The notes: generated by a model from the sequence alone, not told the origin. Shown: positions 29,603 through 42,026, counted from the stretch's first letter. The stretch: DNA of 64,000 nt from an uncultured delta proteobacterium (GCA_963841435.1 CAWJCS010000003.1:608001-672000), one strand, 5' to 3'. Made by a program: numbers and translations.

Positions 29603-30634
29603 TCATGCGCTCTCGACGGGGTATCCCGCTTGCTTCCAGGCGGCGAGACCTCCATCGAGCGCGAGCGCGCGCTGATACCCCATGGTGCGGAGCGTGTAGG
29701 CCGCGAGCGTCGAGATCCTACCGAGCTCGCAGTACGTCACGATCCGCAGCGTGGGATCGGGCAGCTCGCGGTCGGCGCGAAGCTCCAGCTCACCGCGCGG
29801 CAGGTTCCGCGCTCCGGGAACGTGCCCCGCACGAAAAGCTCCCGGCTCGCGCACGTCGAGGATCACGAGATCGTCGACTCCGCTCCCGACGCGGCGAGCG
29901 AGCTCGCGCATCGACATGAAGGCAATCTGCCGCGCCGCCTCGGCGATCAGCTGGTTGACGGTCTTGCCGCCGGTGCGGTTCGTGCGAAGCGCCTCGGTGA
30001 GGTGCTTGGGCATGCCGAGGTCCAGCCCACGCATGAGCTCCACGAAGGCGGCGCGCTCGCGCTGCTTCAGTCGGGGGTTTTGGGCTTTTTCGTCGCCGAG
30101 CGTCGACCCGCTCACGCCCTTGTAATCGTGCGCCGGAAAGACCGAGAGGGCATCGGGGAGCGTCAACAGCTTGCCGAACAGGCTCTCGTACAGGGCTTCG
30201 GGGTCACCCGTCGGCAGATCGGTGCGCCCCGTGCCGCCGACGAGCAGCGTGTCCCCCGTGAGCACGCGATCACCGACGACGAGACACACGGAATCCTCCG
30301 TGTGTCCCGGGGTGCCGAGCACCTCGAAGCGCAGCTCGCCGACGGCGAGCGTATCGCCGTCCTCCACTCTGAGGTTGACGTACGGCGCGGCGCTCGACCG
30401 ATGCATGACCACGGGGACGCCGAGCTGGCGCTTGAGCTCGAACGCGCCGCTGAAGTGATCGGCATGCGTGTGCGTGTCGATGAGGTATCGCAAGCGGAGA
30501 CCGCGTTCGCTCGCGAGCGTCAGATACCGATCGGCCTCGGCGAGCTCGGGGTTGACCACGACGGCGCTGCGCGTCACGTCGCACCCGATGAGATACGAAA
30601 GACAGCCCCCGTGGCGTACCTGCTCGAAAATCAT
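29603..30634 (-). CDS. MBL-fold persulfide dioxygenase-rhodanese fusion
   Basis: THTHADH, TPGHT, TGDTL, GRTD, PAHDY; rhodanese LDVRE, GHVPGA, YCELGRIS, LDGGLAAW. Confidence 0.92.
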   Translation of the reverse strand: MIFEQVRHGGCLSYLIGCDVTRSAVVVNPELAEADRYLTLASERGLRLRYLIDTHTHADHFSGAFELKRQLGVPVVMHRSSAAPYVNLRVEDGDTLAVGELRFEVLGTPGHTEDSVCLVVGDRVLTGDTLLVGGTGRTDLPTGDPEALYESLFGKLLTLPDALSVFPAHDYKGVSGSTLGDEKAQNPRLKQRERAAFVELMRGLDLGMPKHLTEALRTNRTGGKTVNQLIAEAARQIAFMSMRELARRVGSGVDDLVILDVREPGAFRAGHVPGARNLPRGELELRADRELPDPTLRIVTYCELGRISTLAAYTLRTMGYQRALALDGGLAAWKQAGYPVESA

Positions 30635-30713
30635 GTCGGCATCCTAGTGTCTGCGTTGCCAAGCGACAGCGTCGCGACGCGTCGTCGAGCTGGCCCGGTC
30701 GTTTCTTGGTCGC

Positions 30714-32060
30714 TCACTTGCGCCCGCTCGCTCGCGCGAGCGAAACCACGTGGCCGAGAACGGGCTCGAGCTCATTCCCGCTGCCGCGCTCGCGAGCGAG
30801 CGCATGAAGCCCCCGGCGAAACCACACGTCGATGCCGGTTTCGGCCACGAGCCTGACGGCGACGACATAGCGGTCGCTGGACACTTCGAGCGCTTGCACG
30901 AGCCCGAGATCCGCAATCGCCAGCGCGCCCTCGAGCGCCTCGATGGGCCGCAACCGCTCGGGCAAGCTCGCCGTCGCGGCGGCGAGCACGTTGGCGACGA
31001 ACGCGATTTCCTCGAGACGTTCGGCGTGCCCCGCACGGTCGGCGAGCGCGAGCTCCGTGAGCGCGGCGTCGAGGAGCCGCGAAGGAGCCGGCACGACCGC
31101 CGCCGACGCTTGCAAAGCGGGAGGCAACGCGGGCCGCGGGGCCGCCTGCGTCCGCTCGATGACGCGCGCCCGCTCGAGCACGGCGAGTAGGGCTCCCGGG
31201 TCCGCTCGCTCGTCCGGCTTCGCCGCCACGCGACGGGCCGGACCGGGCGGCGGATTTCGTTCGAGCTCGCGAAAATACGCGCGCGTGATCGGATCTCGCT
31301 CGGCGGCCTCGTCACGGAGCGCGAGCTTCAAGAACGCACGCGCGTCGGCGGGCGACACGAACCCGAGCTTGGCGCGCCGGTCGTCGCGATCCGCCCGCGC
31401 GTCGCTCTCGAGCATTTCGTCCGAGGTGAGCGCGGCGCAAAGCCCCCCGTTGTCCTCGATGAAACTCGAGCTCGCGGCGGCGACGCGCTCGAGGATGCGC
31501 CGCAATAGCCCGTGATGCTCGCGATCGAGGGCGAGGAGCGCGTGGATCACGTCGTCCCACGCCGTGGCGTCGCGCGCGATGATGCGAAACTCCTCCCACT
31601 CCTCGTAGAGCGAGCTCTCGAGCGCCTTCTCGACGTTGTCGACCTCGTCGCCGCCCTCGGAAAGCTCGATGCCCAGCTGGTCGATGTCCACGACCAGCAC
31701 GAGCCTCGCCACGGCGAGCGCGAGGAAGTCGATCGGCAGCGCCAGGAGGCGCTCGACGAGGCGGGTGTCGCCGGCCTCGCCGAACGCGTGCAGCCACAGC
31801 GCAAAACGAGCTCCGTCGAAACGCTCCTCGGCGTCGTCGTCCGTACCGCGCCACAGGTCTTCGTCGAAGATGGCCGCGAGCTGCTCGGTGCTGGCAAGGG
31901 CAACGAGCTCACCCGCGTCCTCCAGGCCGACGGACTCGACGACGCGTCCGAGAATCGGCGGAGAGAGCTCGCGGACGGCAGCGACGAGCCCCGGGTCTTC
32001 GAGAATGTGGGAAAGAAGACGGCGCGACGAGGGAAAACCGGCACGAACGAGCGCAGGCAT
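30714..32060 (-). CDS. Conserved hypothetical protein (DUF6178-like)
   Basis: VGLEDAGELVALAS, FDEDLW, RDDRRAKLGFVSP; SD GGAGG before ATG 32060. Confidence 0.65.
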   Translation of the reverse strand: MPALVRAGFPSSRRLLSHILEDPGLVAAVRELSPPILGRVVESVGLEDAGELVALASTEQLAAIFDEDLWRGTDDDAEERFDGARFALWLHAFGEAGDTRLVERLLALPIDFLALAVARLVLVVDIDQLGIELSEGGDEVDNVEKALESSLYEEWEEFRIIARDATAWDDVIHALLALDREHHGLLRRILERVAAASSSFIEDNGGLCAALTSDEMLESDARADRDDRRAKLGFVSPADARAFLKLALRDEAAERDPITRAYFRELERNPPPGPARRVAAKPDERADPGALLAVLERARVIERTQAAPRPALPPALQASAAVVPAPSRLLDAALTELALADRAGHAERLEEIAFVANVLAAATASLPERLRPIEALEGALAIADLGLVQALEVSSDRYVVAVRLVAETGIDVWFRRGLHALARERGSGNELEPVLGHVVSLARASGRK

Positions 32061-32506
32061 CGAGCAACCTCCGAGCCGCAATCTTGGGAGCCTCGGCGCA
32101 ACGTGCCAGCTTGAAAAGAAGCTCGGAAGTCTGGTATCGTAATGATCGTCGGGTGGGAAAGGGTGTCCCTAGAATCCGAAGCACGCGACGTGGGTGACGC
32201 CCCGGCGTCGTGAACGGGCAGGGCAAGCGCAATCTCGTAAAGGGGCTCGTTCGGAAGCGCGAGGCGCCTGAGCGCTGCGGGTCCGGGAGCGACGAGCGGC
32301 GTGCCCGCCGTCATCACCTGCCGCGCGAGTCGCTCACTCGTCGTGGGGACTGGCCCAGGCTGTCCCGGGCAGCCCTTCGCCGAAGCGGAACCGGGTGCGG
32401 GCGCTGACGCCGCGCGAACTCGGTGTGGGGCCCGTAGGCGCCGGCACGCAAGACGAGCGTCTGCCCGTCGGGGACACAAATTTCGGCCCCCTGCACCAGG
32501 TTCCCG

Positions 32507-33472
32507 TCAGGCGTGGCGACGGTCCGCCGAGGCGCTCGAGGCGCGGACGGTTCCCGTGAGCGCACGCCGCGGAGTCCCAAGCGATCGGCGAAAATCGTCC
32601 AGGTCGTCGAGGAGCCTTCCGAGGGTTTTCCGCATGGACACCCGGGCTCGCGCGACGTCCGACATCAGTTCCTTCCCGCGCAGCAAGAGGCGCATACCCT
32701 GGGCAACGGCCTGCTTTTCGGCGATGGTGCGCGCGCGCGCCGGATCGGCTTCGAACGTCGCCACCTGCTCGGCCGCGACGACGAACGACGGCCACACGTC
32801 GAAGACGTCCGGATCGGTGCCGAGCGTCTCGCACTTGACCTTGGCGGCTCGCGTGAGGGAGCGCACCAGCGGCACCGCGCCCACGAACGACGGCAGCGGG
32901 CCGAACGTCTTGTCGAGCTCGTCGCCGAGCCGGTCGATGTCACGCATGGCAAGCGCGATCTTGACGTATCGGCTCCGGTAAAATTCCTCGATGGGGAAAG
33001 CGAACGCCTTGAACGGCTCTCCCCAGAGCTCGTCGATGCCTTCCTCGCCGCTGCGATGCAGCACCAGCTTGCCGAGCTCGAGCGCCTCGGCGAGGTGCTG
33101 CCCACACTGGCGCATCAGGGGGTTGTCGGCGCGGATTGCCACACCGAGCGCCTGGAGCTCGACGAGCTTGGTGAACACGTCCCCGGCCCGATTGAACAGC
33201 GCCCCCGCCAGCATGGCGCCCTTCACGCGCCGGCGAGCGGGATCGGTCTCGGAGTCGTACGCCGCGCGCGCCTCCTCGAGGCGCGTCCCCGGGACGTTGA
33301 GGCCGGGCTCGACATGGTGAAAGAGGCGCCGCGTCAGCGCCTCGATCAGGCGCTTTTTGGCGAACAACGTATCGGCGGGGACCTCGTAGGCCTTGATCCA
33401 GTAGCCGTCGTAAAAAACTCGCAGCCGACCTTCGATGACGCGCTCGGTACCGGTCGCGATGTCGTGGTCCAT
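32507..33472 (-). CDS. Hypothetical protein
   Basis: 321-aa ORF with normal composition (YDGYWIK, DELWGEPF); SD GGAG. Confidence 0.75.
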   Translation of the reverse strand: MDHDIATGTERVIEGRLRVFYDGYWIKAYEVPADTLFAKKRLIEALTRRLFHHVEPGLNVPGTRLEEARAAYDSETDPARRRVKGAMLAGALFNRAGDVFTKLVELQALGVAIRADNPLMRQCGQHLAEALELGKLVLHRSGEEGIDELWGEPFKAFAFPIEEFYRSRYVKIALAMRDIDRLGDELDKTFGPLPSFVGAVPLVRSLTRAAKVKCETLGTDPDVFDVWPSFVVAAEQVATFEADPARARTIAEKQAVAQGMRLLLRGKELMSDVARARVSMRKTLGRLLDDLDDFRRSLGTPRRALTGTVRASSASADRRHA

Positions 33473-33682
33473 GGTGGAGGCTCCGGGTAGGTTCAGTGAA
33501 AGCTTGCGGGGAGCCTACCCGAGGAGTGACACGCGAGCACAGGGGAGGAACGGGACATTCGTCGCCCGAACGAGCAGCCGCAGCGTCGGGACGCGCACGA
33601 AGTGCGCTGGCGCAACGTTCGACGCGAGGCGCGCCGAAACGTCTTCGAAACGGGAGCTGAAGCGGGGAGCGAGAGCCCGAGC

Positions 33683-34123
33683 TCAGGGGGAAAGCCACGG
33701 GCGCTGGGTCTCGCGGGTCATCCAGCGCTCGGGGTGCGCGAGCGGGCCGAAGCCGAGCGGCGCGTACACGCCCTCGGCGTCGAGCGTCACGAGCGCCCAC
33801 TTCGTGACGAGCGCAAGATCCGGGTGCTCGAGAGCCGAGCGCACGAGCGCGCGTCCGAGCCCGCGACCCCGATGCGCCGCGTTGACGTAGACGTCCATCA
33901 AGAAGGCGAAGCGCGTCCGATTGGAGACGACACGCAGGCACCCGACCTGGAGCTGGGCGGCGAAGGCACCGACGACGAGCGACGAATTCCGAAATCCGCG
34001 CTCGACCTCGACGCGGCTGATGCCCGGCGTCCAGTAGGCATCCGCGAGGAACCGCTGGCAGGTCGCGAAATCGAAGCGCTCGAGAGCGTCGTCGAGATCG
34101 TACACGTCGTATCGGGTGCGCAT
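33683..34123 (-). CDS. GNAT family N-acetyltransferase
   Basis: AYW, FAFLMDVYV, HRGRGLG, YAPLGF. Confidence 0.9.
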   Translation of the reverse strand: MRTRYDVYDLDDALERFDFATCQRFLADAYWTPGISRVEVERGFRNSSLVVGAFAAQLQVGCLRVVSNRTRFAFLMDVYVNAAHRGRGLGRALVRSALEHPDLALVTKWALVTLDAEGVYAPLGFGPLAHPERWMTRETQRPWLSP

Positions 34124-34395
34124 CGTTCGTCGATGCCGTGGCGAGTCCCACGCGACCAGGGTCAGTGAGACGAAATTGACTGGTACAGACGCGTGACGGG
34201 TCGCTGACGCGTGGGGCGTTCACGTGCCGAGCGCGGCGGCAAGGGACTCGTGCTTGCGCGTCGCGCGGAACAGATGGCGTCGCCGCATCGCGTACGCAAG
34301 CGCGCCACCAATTCCTTGCCGCAATCTCACATCCGGCCCGAGCGCGCAGCGATACACGGCAGCGGACGCCCAGGTGGCGTCCAAGGAGGATCACC

Positions 34396-35800
34396 ATGCG
34401 TTTCCAGACAATCTCTTCACTGTCCCTTTTGATCGCTGTCTCGGCTTGCTCGAGCTACGACGGCTCCGGCACTGGGACGACCGTCGCCGACGAAGGCGTC
34501 TCGACGGCTTCGGAAGCCGTGAGCCGGAGGACCGGCTTCGGCTTCGGCGCCGTCAGAAGCTCCACGGATTCGGTCGACGCCGCGACGGCCGACGCGGATC
34601 CGCGCAGCCTCATCACGGTGGGTCGCGGACTCAGCGTCCGCGTGATCTCCGCCGACCCCGCCCTGGGTGCCAACACGGATCAGATGGCGCTCTGGCCGAA
34701 CGACGAGCACCCCACTCACCTGATCGTCGTGAACGAGCAGGGCACGACTTTGCCGGGGGTCCAGCGCATCCGCCTGTCGGACGGCTCGGTGGAGACGATC
34801 CTCACCGGGTTCACGTCGGGCGACCCGCTGCACCGCACGCCCTGGGGCACGATCCTCGCCGGCGAGGAGGGTGGCACGACCGGACAGATGGTGGAGATCA
34901 TCGACCCGCTCGAGACCACGGGTGTGAGCTACGATCGCGTCACTGGCATCGCGAGCGGCGGAGTCGGGGCCCAGAACGTCGTGGCGCGCTGGGCGCTCGG
35001 TCGCCTCTCGTTCGAGGGTCTCGGCATCCTGCCGAGCGGCGTCGTCTACTACGGTGACGAGCTTCGTCCGGGCGGCGGTGCCGGCGGTGGCGCGTACTAC
35101 AAGTTCGTGCCGACGAATCCGCATGTCGGCAACGACCGCATCCACGATTCTCGCGGACTCTCCGCTCGCCGCTGGTCAGGTCTACGGGCTGAAGCTCAGC
35201 ACGGGCTCGAACAACGGCCAGGGCAACAACACGGGCCTCGGCGTCTGGGTGCCCGTGCCGAGCTCCAACAACGCAAACCTCCGTGCCGCGACCGTTGGCC
35301 TCGGCCTCGCGGGCTTCTATCGCCCGGAAGACGCCGCGGTCGACGGGAAGGCACTCGACGCCGGCTTCGTGCGCGTGTGCGGGAACAACACGGGCAACGA
35401 GGACGACAAGAACTACGGCGAGACCATCTGCATCAACGACGGTCCGGTCGCGGAGGCGACGACGAACGCGACGAACCCCGAGCTGCAGCCGTTCGTGGTC
35501 GGAAACCCCGAGCTCGCGATGCCCGACAACATTGCGTACAACGACCGGCGCGACATCTGGGCGCTTCAGGAGGACGGCGAGGGCCCGTCGGTGGGCCGGA
35601 ACAACGACATCTGGGCCTGCTCGCAGGACGGTGCCGACTTCGACCTGCTCGCGGACGACTGCGTGCGGTTCGCGACACTGAACGACCTGAACGCCGAGTT
35701 GACGGGCGGCCTATTCGACGGTGACGGCAAGCGCTACTATCTCAGCATCCAACACAACGTCACCGGGCACGGCGTCGTGCTCGAGATCAGCGGGTTCTGA
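34396..35800 (+). CDS. phoX: PhoX-family alkaline phosphatase lipoprotein; +1 frameshift at ~35142
   Basis: Lipobox VSAC; TPWGTILAGEE, LGRLSFEG, YYGDE; in the next frame RPED, PDN, QED, ELTG, SIQH; SD AAGGAGG. Confidence 0.85.
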
Positions 35801-35814
35801 GCCCTGCCTTGCTT

Positions 35815-35867
35815 CGAAGCGCGGCCGCGCCCCGGGGGGGGGGAACGAGGGGTGCAGCCGCGCTTCG
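35815..35867 (+). terminator. Long GC hairpin downstream of phoX
   Basis: CGAAGCGCGGC/GCCGCGCTTCG 11-bp stem, extendable to about 18 bp; no clear U tract. Confidence 0.45.
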
Positions 35868-35924
35868 GCCTTGAAGGAGCCGAATTGGCGCCTGGGTCCG
35901 AGGTCTGCTAGTAATTCGCCCGTC

Positions 35925-36120
35925 GTGAACCGACCGGCGAGCGTGCTCGCTGCTGGCCCCGACCTTTGGGGCCATCCGGAAGCGCAGCTATTTCAGCGCC
36001 AACGGTACGGTTCGCGGCAAAGCGGTGCCCCGCTTCGTGGGGAACCGGAGCGGCTCGTCCACCCGCGGCGGTACGGACGAGCTTCGAACCCGCCCCATTT
36101 CGGGGCGTGCCGCGAGAGAG
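35925..36120 (+). ncRNA. Candidate structured 5' leader of the DEAD-box helicase gene
   Basis: Nested stems forming two multibranch domains that end at the SD (see finding). Confidence 0.45.
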
Positions 36121-36135
36121 TTACCAGTAATTTCT

Positions 36136-37443
<1,308 letters not shown>

Positions 37444-37521
37444 GCTTCGCGACGCCTCCGTCGGCCCGTGCTCGCGCATCGGGTCGGCGGTAGCGACGAG
37501 CAACCGCCGTGTGCTGGCGCG

Positions 37522-39576
37522 TCAGCTCGAGCGAAACCCGATGCGAGCGTGCGTCCCGTCGCAGAACGGCTTCGTCGCGCTGCCGCCGCAGCGGCAAAGA
37601 CGCGCCCGCGACACGCGCGCGACCACGCGCCCCGTGCCGCTCGTGATCTCGAGGTTGCCGCGCACGACGAGCGGCCCGTCGATCTCGGGGTTAACGGCGA
37701 GCGGGCCGTCGCGCACCTCGAGCATGGCGGTCTTCTCCCCGGTCGGCGGCTCGCCCGTCGCCGCGAACCCGGCGTCATGGTGCGAGCCGTCGCAGTACGG
37801 CTTGTTCTTCGAAGCCCCGCAACGACAAAGCGTCGCACGGTGGCCACGGCTCTCGCCGTCGATGCGCAGATCGCCGCGAAACGCGTACGGCCCCGCCTCG
37901 CGCGTCGCGACGAGGTTCACGGGGGGCGGGGCTTCGTCGGGGTGCCCGTCCTTCCTGCGATAACGAATCGCTCCGGACGGGCAAGCGTGCGCAATGCCGA
38001 CGAGCGTCTCAACGTCGACGGCGTCGGGCACGATCCAGGGGCCCGGCACGTTGGCGAGGAACACGCGCGGGGCTCCCGTCACGCAAAAGCGAGAATGGAT
38101 GCACTTTTTGCCCTCGTAGAGCAGCGTGAGCTGCCTGCCCTCGATCTGATCGACGCCGCCGACCCGGACGGGCACGGGCGGGACGAGCGGCGCGGAGGCT
38201 TGCGTGCCGTGGGTCGCCGGCGTGACGGGAGCTTCTGGCGCGGGTGTCGGCGCGCCGGGCGGAGGTGTGCTCGGCGGACGACCAGGTGGCGGCGACGACG
38301 CTGGAGCCGGCCGGGAGTCGGCAGTGAGCGCCAGCCCACGCCGTGCGCGCTGCTCGAGGTCACCGAGAATGCGCGCCGCCCGTGCGAGCCTCGGGTCACG
38401 CTCGGGACCGAGCCCGCGCGCCGCGTTCGCCATCTCCGCGAGGCGCTCGCCGAAGAAACGCCACGCGCTCGCTCCGCGCGGCAGCGGCGCTGCGTCTCGC
38501 AGCGCCGTGAACGACATGCCGGCGTTCACGCCCGGATGCGACGGTCCCGCGGGCAGGCGCGCCGCGCGCTCACCGAGCGCCGCAACGGCGCGCATCAGCC
38601 CGAGCGAGAGGTCGAGAACGAGCGTTTTCTCCGGCAGCGGGCGCGGCACGACGTAGGAATAGGCGAGCAAGCGCAGCATGAGCGCATAGCCCGCATTCGC
38701 GAGATCCACCGTGTCCCACGCCTCCTCGTTCTCGATCCACACGCGATCTTCGGATCGCATCGGTCGCCGGAGCACGGGGTTTCTCGCAACCGGATGAGTC
38801 GGGGAAAAATCGGAATTGGCCGCGCGTCGGGCTCGCAGCTCGGCTTGAAGGGCGCGGTAACGCCGAAAGTGCGAGTCCCCCTGATGCTCCGGAGCCCCCT
38901 CGCCTTGCTCGACGATGGCAGCAAACGCCGAAAGCGCCGTCTTCGAGCAAATGACCGGTTCGGCGACCGCGAGCTCCATGTCCTCGGACGAGATCTGCAG
39001 CGCAGGGTCGCCCGAGAACGCGAGACGCTCGCCATGGTGATCGACGAAGGCACGCAGGCTCGAGCCTAGACAGCCGTAGAAGGTGCCCACCGTCTCGTAG
39101 TCGACCGCCATGGGCACGAGACGCACGCGCGACGAGTTGCGCTCGAACAACAGCGTCGGCTCGAAGCCCGATCCCTCCGGTTCGTTCGACCCCTCGGGGC
39201 GCTCGAGATGGATGAAGTGCTGGAGCGAGGCCTCGTCGAAAGGAGCCAGCTTGACGACGAGCCGGGCCGGCAGCGCACCCGGATCGAGCGGGAAGTTCCC
39301 GCGCCCGAAGCGCGGCGCACCGCCGAGCGCGGCCGTGATGTTCCAGACCGCCGTGAGGTGCGCCATCTCTTCGACCGCGACCCGCATGATGGTGGCGCGG
39401 AAGGCCTCGACGGCGGTCGCTTCCCCCGGCGAGAGCCCCTCCTCCACGCCGCGCTTGAGGCCGAAGGCGGCATAGAGGTAAGTGCACATCAGCGTGTGCT
39501 CGAGCTCCGCCGCCTCGTACAGCATGTGCACGAGATGCTCGCGGCTCGGCGTCGGTGCGTTGCTTGGTGCGTTCAC
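37522..39576 (-). CDS. Ferritin-like domain + divergent 4Fe-4S domain + two CDGSH domains fusion
   Basis: AAELEH..YLYAA, EEMAHL, EQGEG, SHF; CIHSRFC/CPSGA; CRCGASKNKPYCDGSH and CRCGGSATKPFCDGTH. Confidence 0.88.
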   Translation of the reverse strand: MNAPSNAPTPSREHLVHMLYEAAELEHTLMCTYLYAAFGLKRGVEEGLSPGEATAVEAFRATIMRVAVEEMAHLTAVWNITAALGGAPRFGRGNFPLDPGALPARLVVKLAPFDEASLQHFIHLERPEGSNEPEGSGFEPTLLFERNSSRVRLVPMAVDYETVGTFYGCLGSSLRAFVDHHGERLAFSGDPALQISSEDMELAVAEPVICSKTALSAFAAIVEQGEGAPEHQGDSHFRRYRALQAELRARRAANSDFSPTHPVARNPVLRRPMRSEDRVWIENEEAWDTVDLANAGYALMLRLLAYSYVVPRPLPEKTLVLDLSLGLMRAVAALGERAARLPAGPSHPGVNAGMSFTALRDAAPLPRGASAWRFFGERLAEMANAARGLGPERDPRLARAARILGDLEQRARRGLALTADSRPAPASSPPPGRPPSTPPPGAPTPAPEAPVTPATHGTQASAPLVPPVPVRVGGVDQIEGRQLTLLYEGKKCIHSRFCVTGAPRVFLANVPGPWIVPDAVDVETLVGIAHACPSGAIRYRRKDGHPDEAPPPVNLVATREAGPYAFRGDLRIDGESRGHRATLCRCGASKNKPYCDGSHHDAGFAATGEPPTGEKTAMLEVRDGPLAVNPEIDGPLVVRGNLEITSGTGRVVARVSRARLCRCGGSATKPFCDGTHARIGFRSS

Positions 39577-39897
39577 GCCCGGGCTCTAGCACCTCCCGTC
39601 CGCGGCGACCGCCTGCCCTAACCTTCCTTCTTGCGCTGGAAGCGGCGACCCCAGGCCGACCTCGCGCTCTCGGGAGCCGGAGCGAGGCGGCCACGAAGCG
39701 AAACTCCCCCTGGCCTCGCGGCGCGCTCCCGCCACGTCACCTTTCATGAGCAGCGACTCGGCGTGGCCAGACCCAGGCGGCGCGCATGCTGGGCATGACG
39801 CGCCGTGCGCTCAGCACGCGCCTGGAGCGCTACGGCATGCCGCGCCCGCGCAAGCGCCTACCCTAACGCTGAGCGGGCGCACCCGGGATGCCCGGGG

Positions 39898-41365
39898 TCA
39901 CAGTCGGCTCGCGTAGGCGGTCTTCATCTGGTCGTAAAGTGCGAGATCGGGCTGCGCATTGTAGTTGCTGCCCGAGCGACGCAAGAGGTCGTGCCCGGTG
40001 TTCCACGGACCTTGGGCTGTCGGCTCCCAGTTGAACGTGCCGATACCTTGCTCGTTCGGCAGATTGAACATGATGTCGTTCGCGGCGCGCTGCTCGGGTC
40101 CGTACTCGGCGATGAAGAACTTCAGGTCGGGGAACTGGGTCGCGAGCGCCGTAAAGGTCAACTCCCACGCCGGGGGCTGCCCCTGGTAGGCCGTGTAGCA
40201 AGATTCGCCGAACGCATCGAACACGACGCCCTGATTGCCGGCGTTGGTGATGAAGCTGCGACTCGAGCTCAGATCGTTTCCACGATCGATATGCAACGAG
40301 GTCAGGATGTTCGGGTCCACGTCCATGACGCCCTTCACGCCCGCCTTGAGCAGCATGCCGAGGTTCGTCCAATTGCTGATGGACCCGGTGACGGGGTTGT
40401 TGCCCGTGGGTTGCCCGCCGCTGTTGCAGCGGTGAATCAACATGCCGGGCGTGATCTCGTTGCCGATCTGCACCATGTCGGGGCGCGCGCCGGCGGCGAT
40501 GAGCTGGGTGATGGCGTCCTTGGTGTAGTCGTAGACGGCGGTCGCCAGCTGGTCGATCGTCGTGTAGCTCTGCCACGCGACGGGGACGCATTGCTTACCC
40601 GGATCCGCCCAGTTGTCGCTGTAGTGAAAGTCGAGCAAAAAGCCCATGCCGGCGTCCTTGATTTGTTTGCCGAAGGACGCGGTGTGAGGAACGTCGGCGT
40701 AGCCGTTCTGCTTGTCGTACCCGTCGGACGCCTTCGGGTCCACGAAGGTGCGAAGCCGGATGTAGTTGAATCCGTGCTGCTTCATGGTCGTGAGCAGGTT
40801 CGCGCGCGTCGCGTCGGGCGCGGACTCCTGATCCGTCACGTCGGCGCCGATGTAGAAGGAGAAGGGCAGCGAGCTGGTCTTGCCGCCCGTCCCGCCGGCG
40901 CCGCTCGAATCCAGAGCCGCCACCCGCGCCACCCGCGCCGCTCGCGCCCCCCGACCCCGAGCTGCCGGCAGCGCCCGCCATCGAGCCCCCCGCGCCGGCG
41001 CCCGCTCCCGCAGCGCCGGCCATCGCGCCGCCGGCGCCGGCACCGCCAGCGCCGGCGCCGCCGCCCGCTCCGGAACCACCGCCGCCCGTTCCCGAGCCAC
41101 CACCGGTAGCACCGCCGGAGCTACCGCCAGCTCCGGCGCCACCGCTACCCGCCCCCGACACACCCGCGCCACCGAGCGTGCCGGCAACGCCGGCCATCCC
41201 ACCGGTCGCGGCGCCGGCGCTACCCGCACTCGTGCCACCGCTGCTCGGCAACGCACCCGTGCCCGCGCTGGGCGCAACCTGGGACCCTTCACCCCCCGAG
41301 CATTGAATCAGGGCGGCCGTTGCCATGAAGAGAGCAAGGTGCGGAGCGGATTGTCCAAGGCTCAT
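39898..41365 (-). CDS. GH53 endo-beta-1,4-galactanase-like lipoprotein with Gly-rich linker; +1 frameshift at ~40908
   Basis: Lipobox-like LIQC and Gly/Ala linker in one frame; GFNYIRLR, DFHYSDNWADPGKQ, QIGNE, IAEY in the next. Confidence 0.88.
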
Positions 41366-41643
41366 CTTGTCTGGATGGGTATCGGTGTTCGATCCGGTCG
41401 GAACGATCACGCACTGGGGCGTTCCGACTCGCCCGGCGTCACGCGAGCACTCGGAATTTTACGCCAAAATCGCACTCGGCGCCCGTCGGAGCAACGCCGA
41501 GGCGACGATGACCCTCGCCCACGCTCACGAAACGAGAAGGGGCTCGCCACTGAAGTCACGTGACGACGCCACGGCACCGCCCGCCCGACGCGCGATGACT
41601 CGACGCTGAGACGCACGGGCACGAGCTCGGCAACGGACGCTAC

Positions 41644-41949
41644 GTGCTCGAGCGCAAGCCGGATCTGATTGCGTTCTGGACCCCGGTCGGCGGTGACCAG
41701 GCACCCTGGCGGCCCCGCGGACGTTGTCGGCTGAAGCTCGAGACCACGGACGGGGCCGTCGCCACGGTGACGCTGAGCCCGACCTGCCCCGGCGTCACCA
41801 CCGTCGACGCTTCGCGCTTTCGCGTCTGCGAAAAGGCCGCAACGCTCGCGGCGAGCGTCGCCCCGCGCAGCGAGAACGAGACGTTCGTGCTGCGCGCGCG
41901 CTTCGAACGCGACGGAGCATCGTCGAGCCGCGCGCGCGGGCACCGTTAA
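41644..41949 (+). CDS. Small hypothetical protein (start uncertain)
   Basis: GC3-rich codons, normal composition; frame open back to ~41600. Confidence 0.35.
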   Translation: MLERKPDLIAFWTPVGGDQAPWRPRGRCRLKLETTDGAVATVTLSPTCPGVTTVDASRFRVCEKAATLAASVAPRSENETFVLRARFERDGASSSRARGHR

Positions 41950-42026
41950 AGCGGCAAGGCCCCTGGGATGACCAGGGGCCCTGCCAATCAAGCTCCGCCC
42001 ATGGGGTGGCGGAGGCTCCTTTGGGG

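Noticed and set aside
32090-32110. TGGCACGTTGC as a sigma54 promoter for the DUF6178-like gene
   Set aside because: GG-to-GC spacing does not match the required N10
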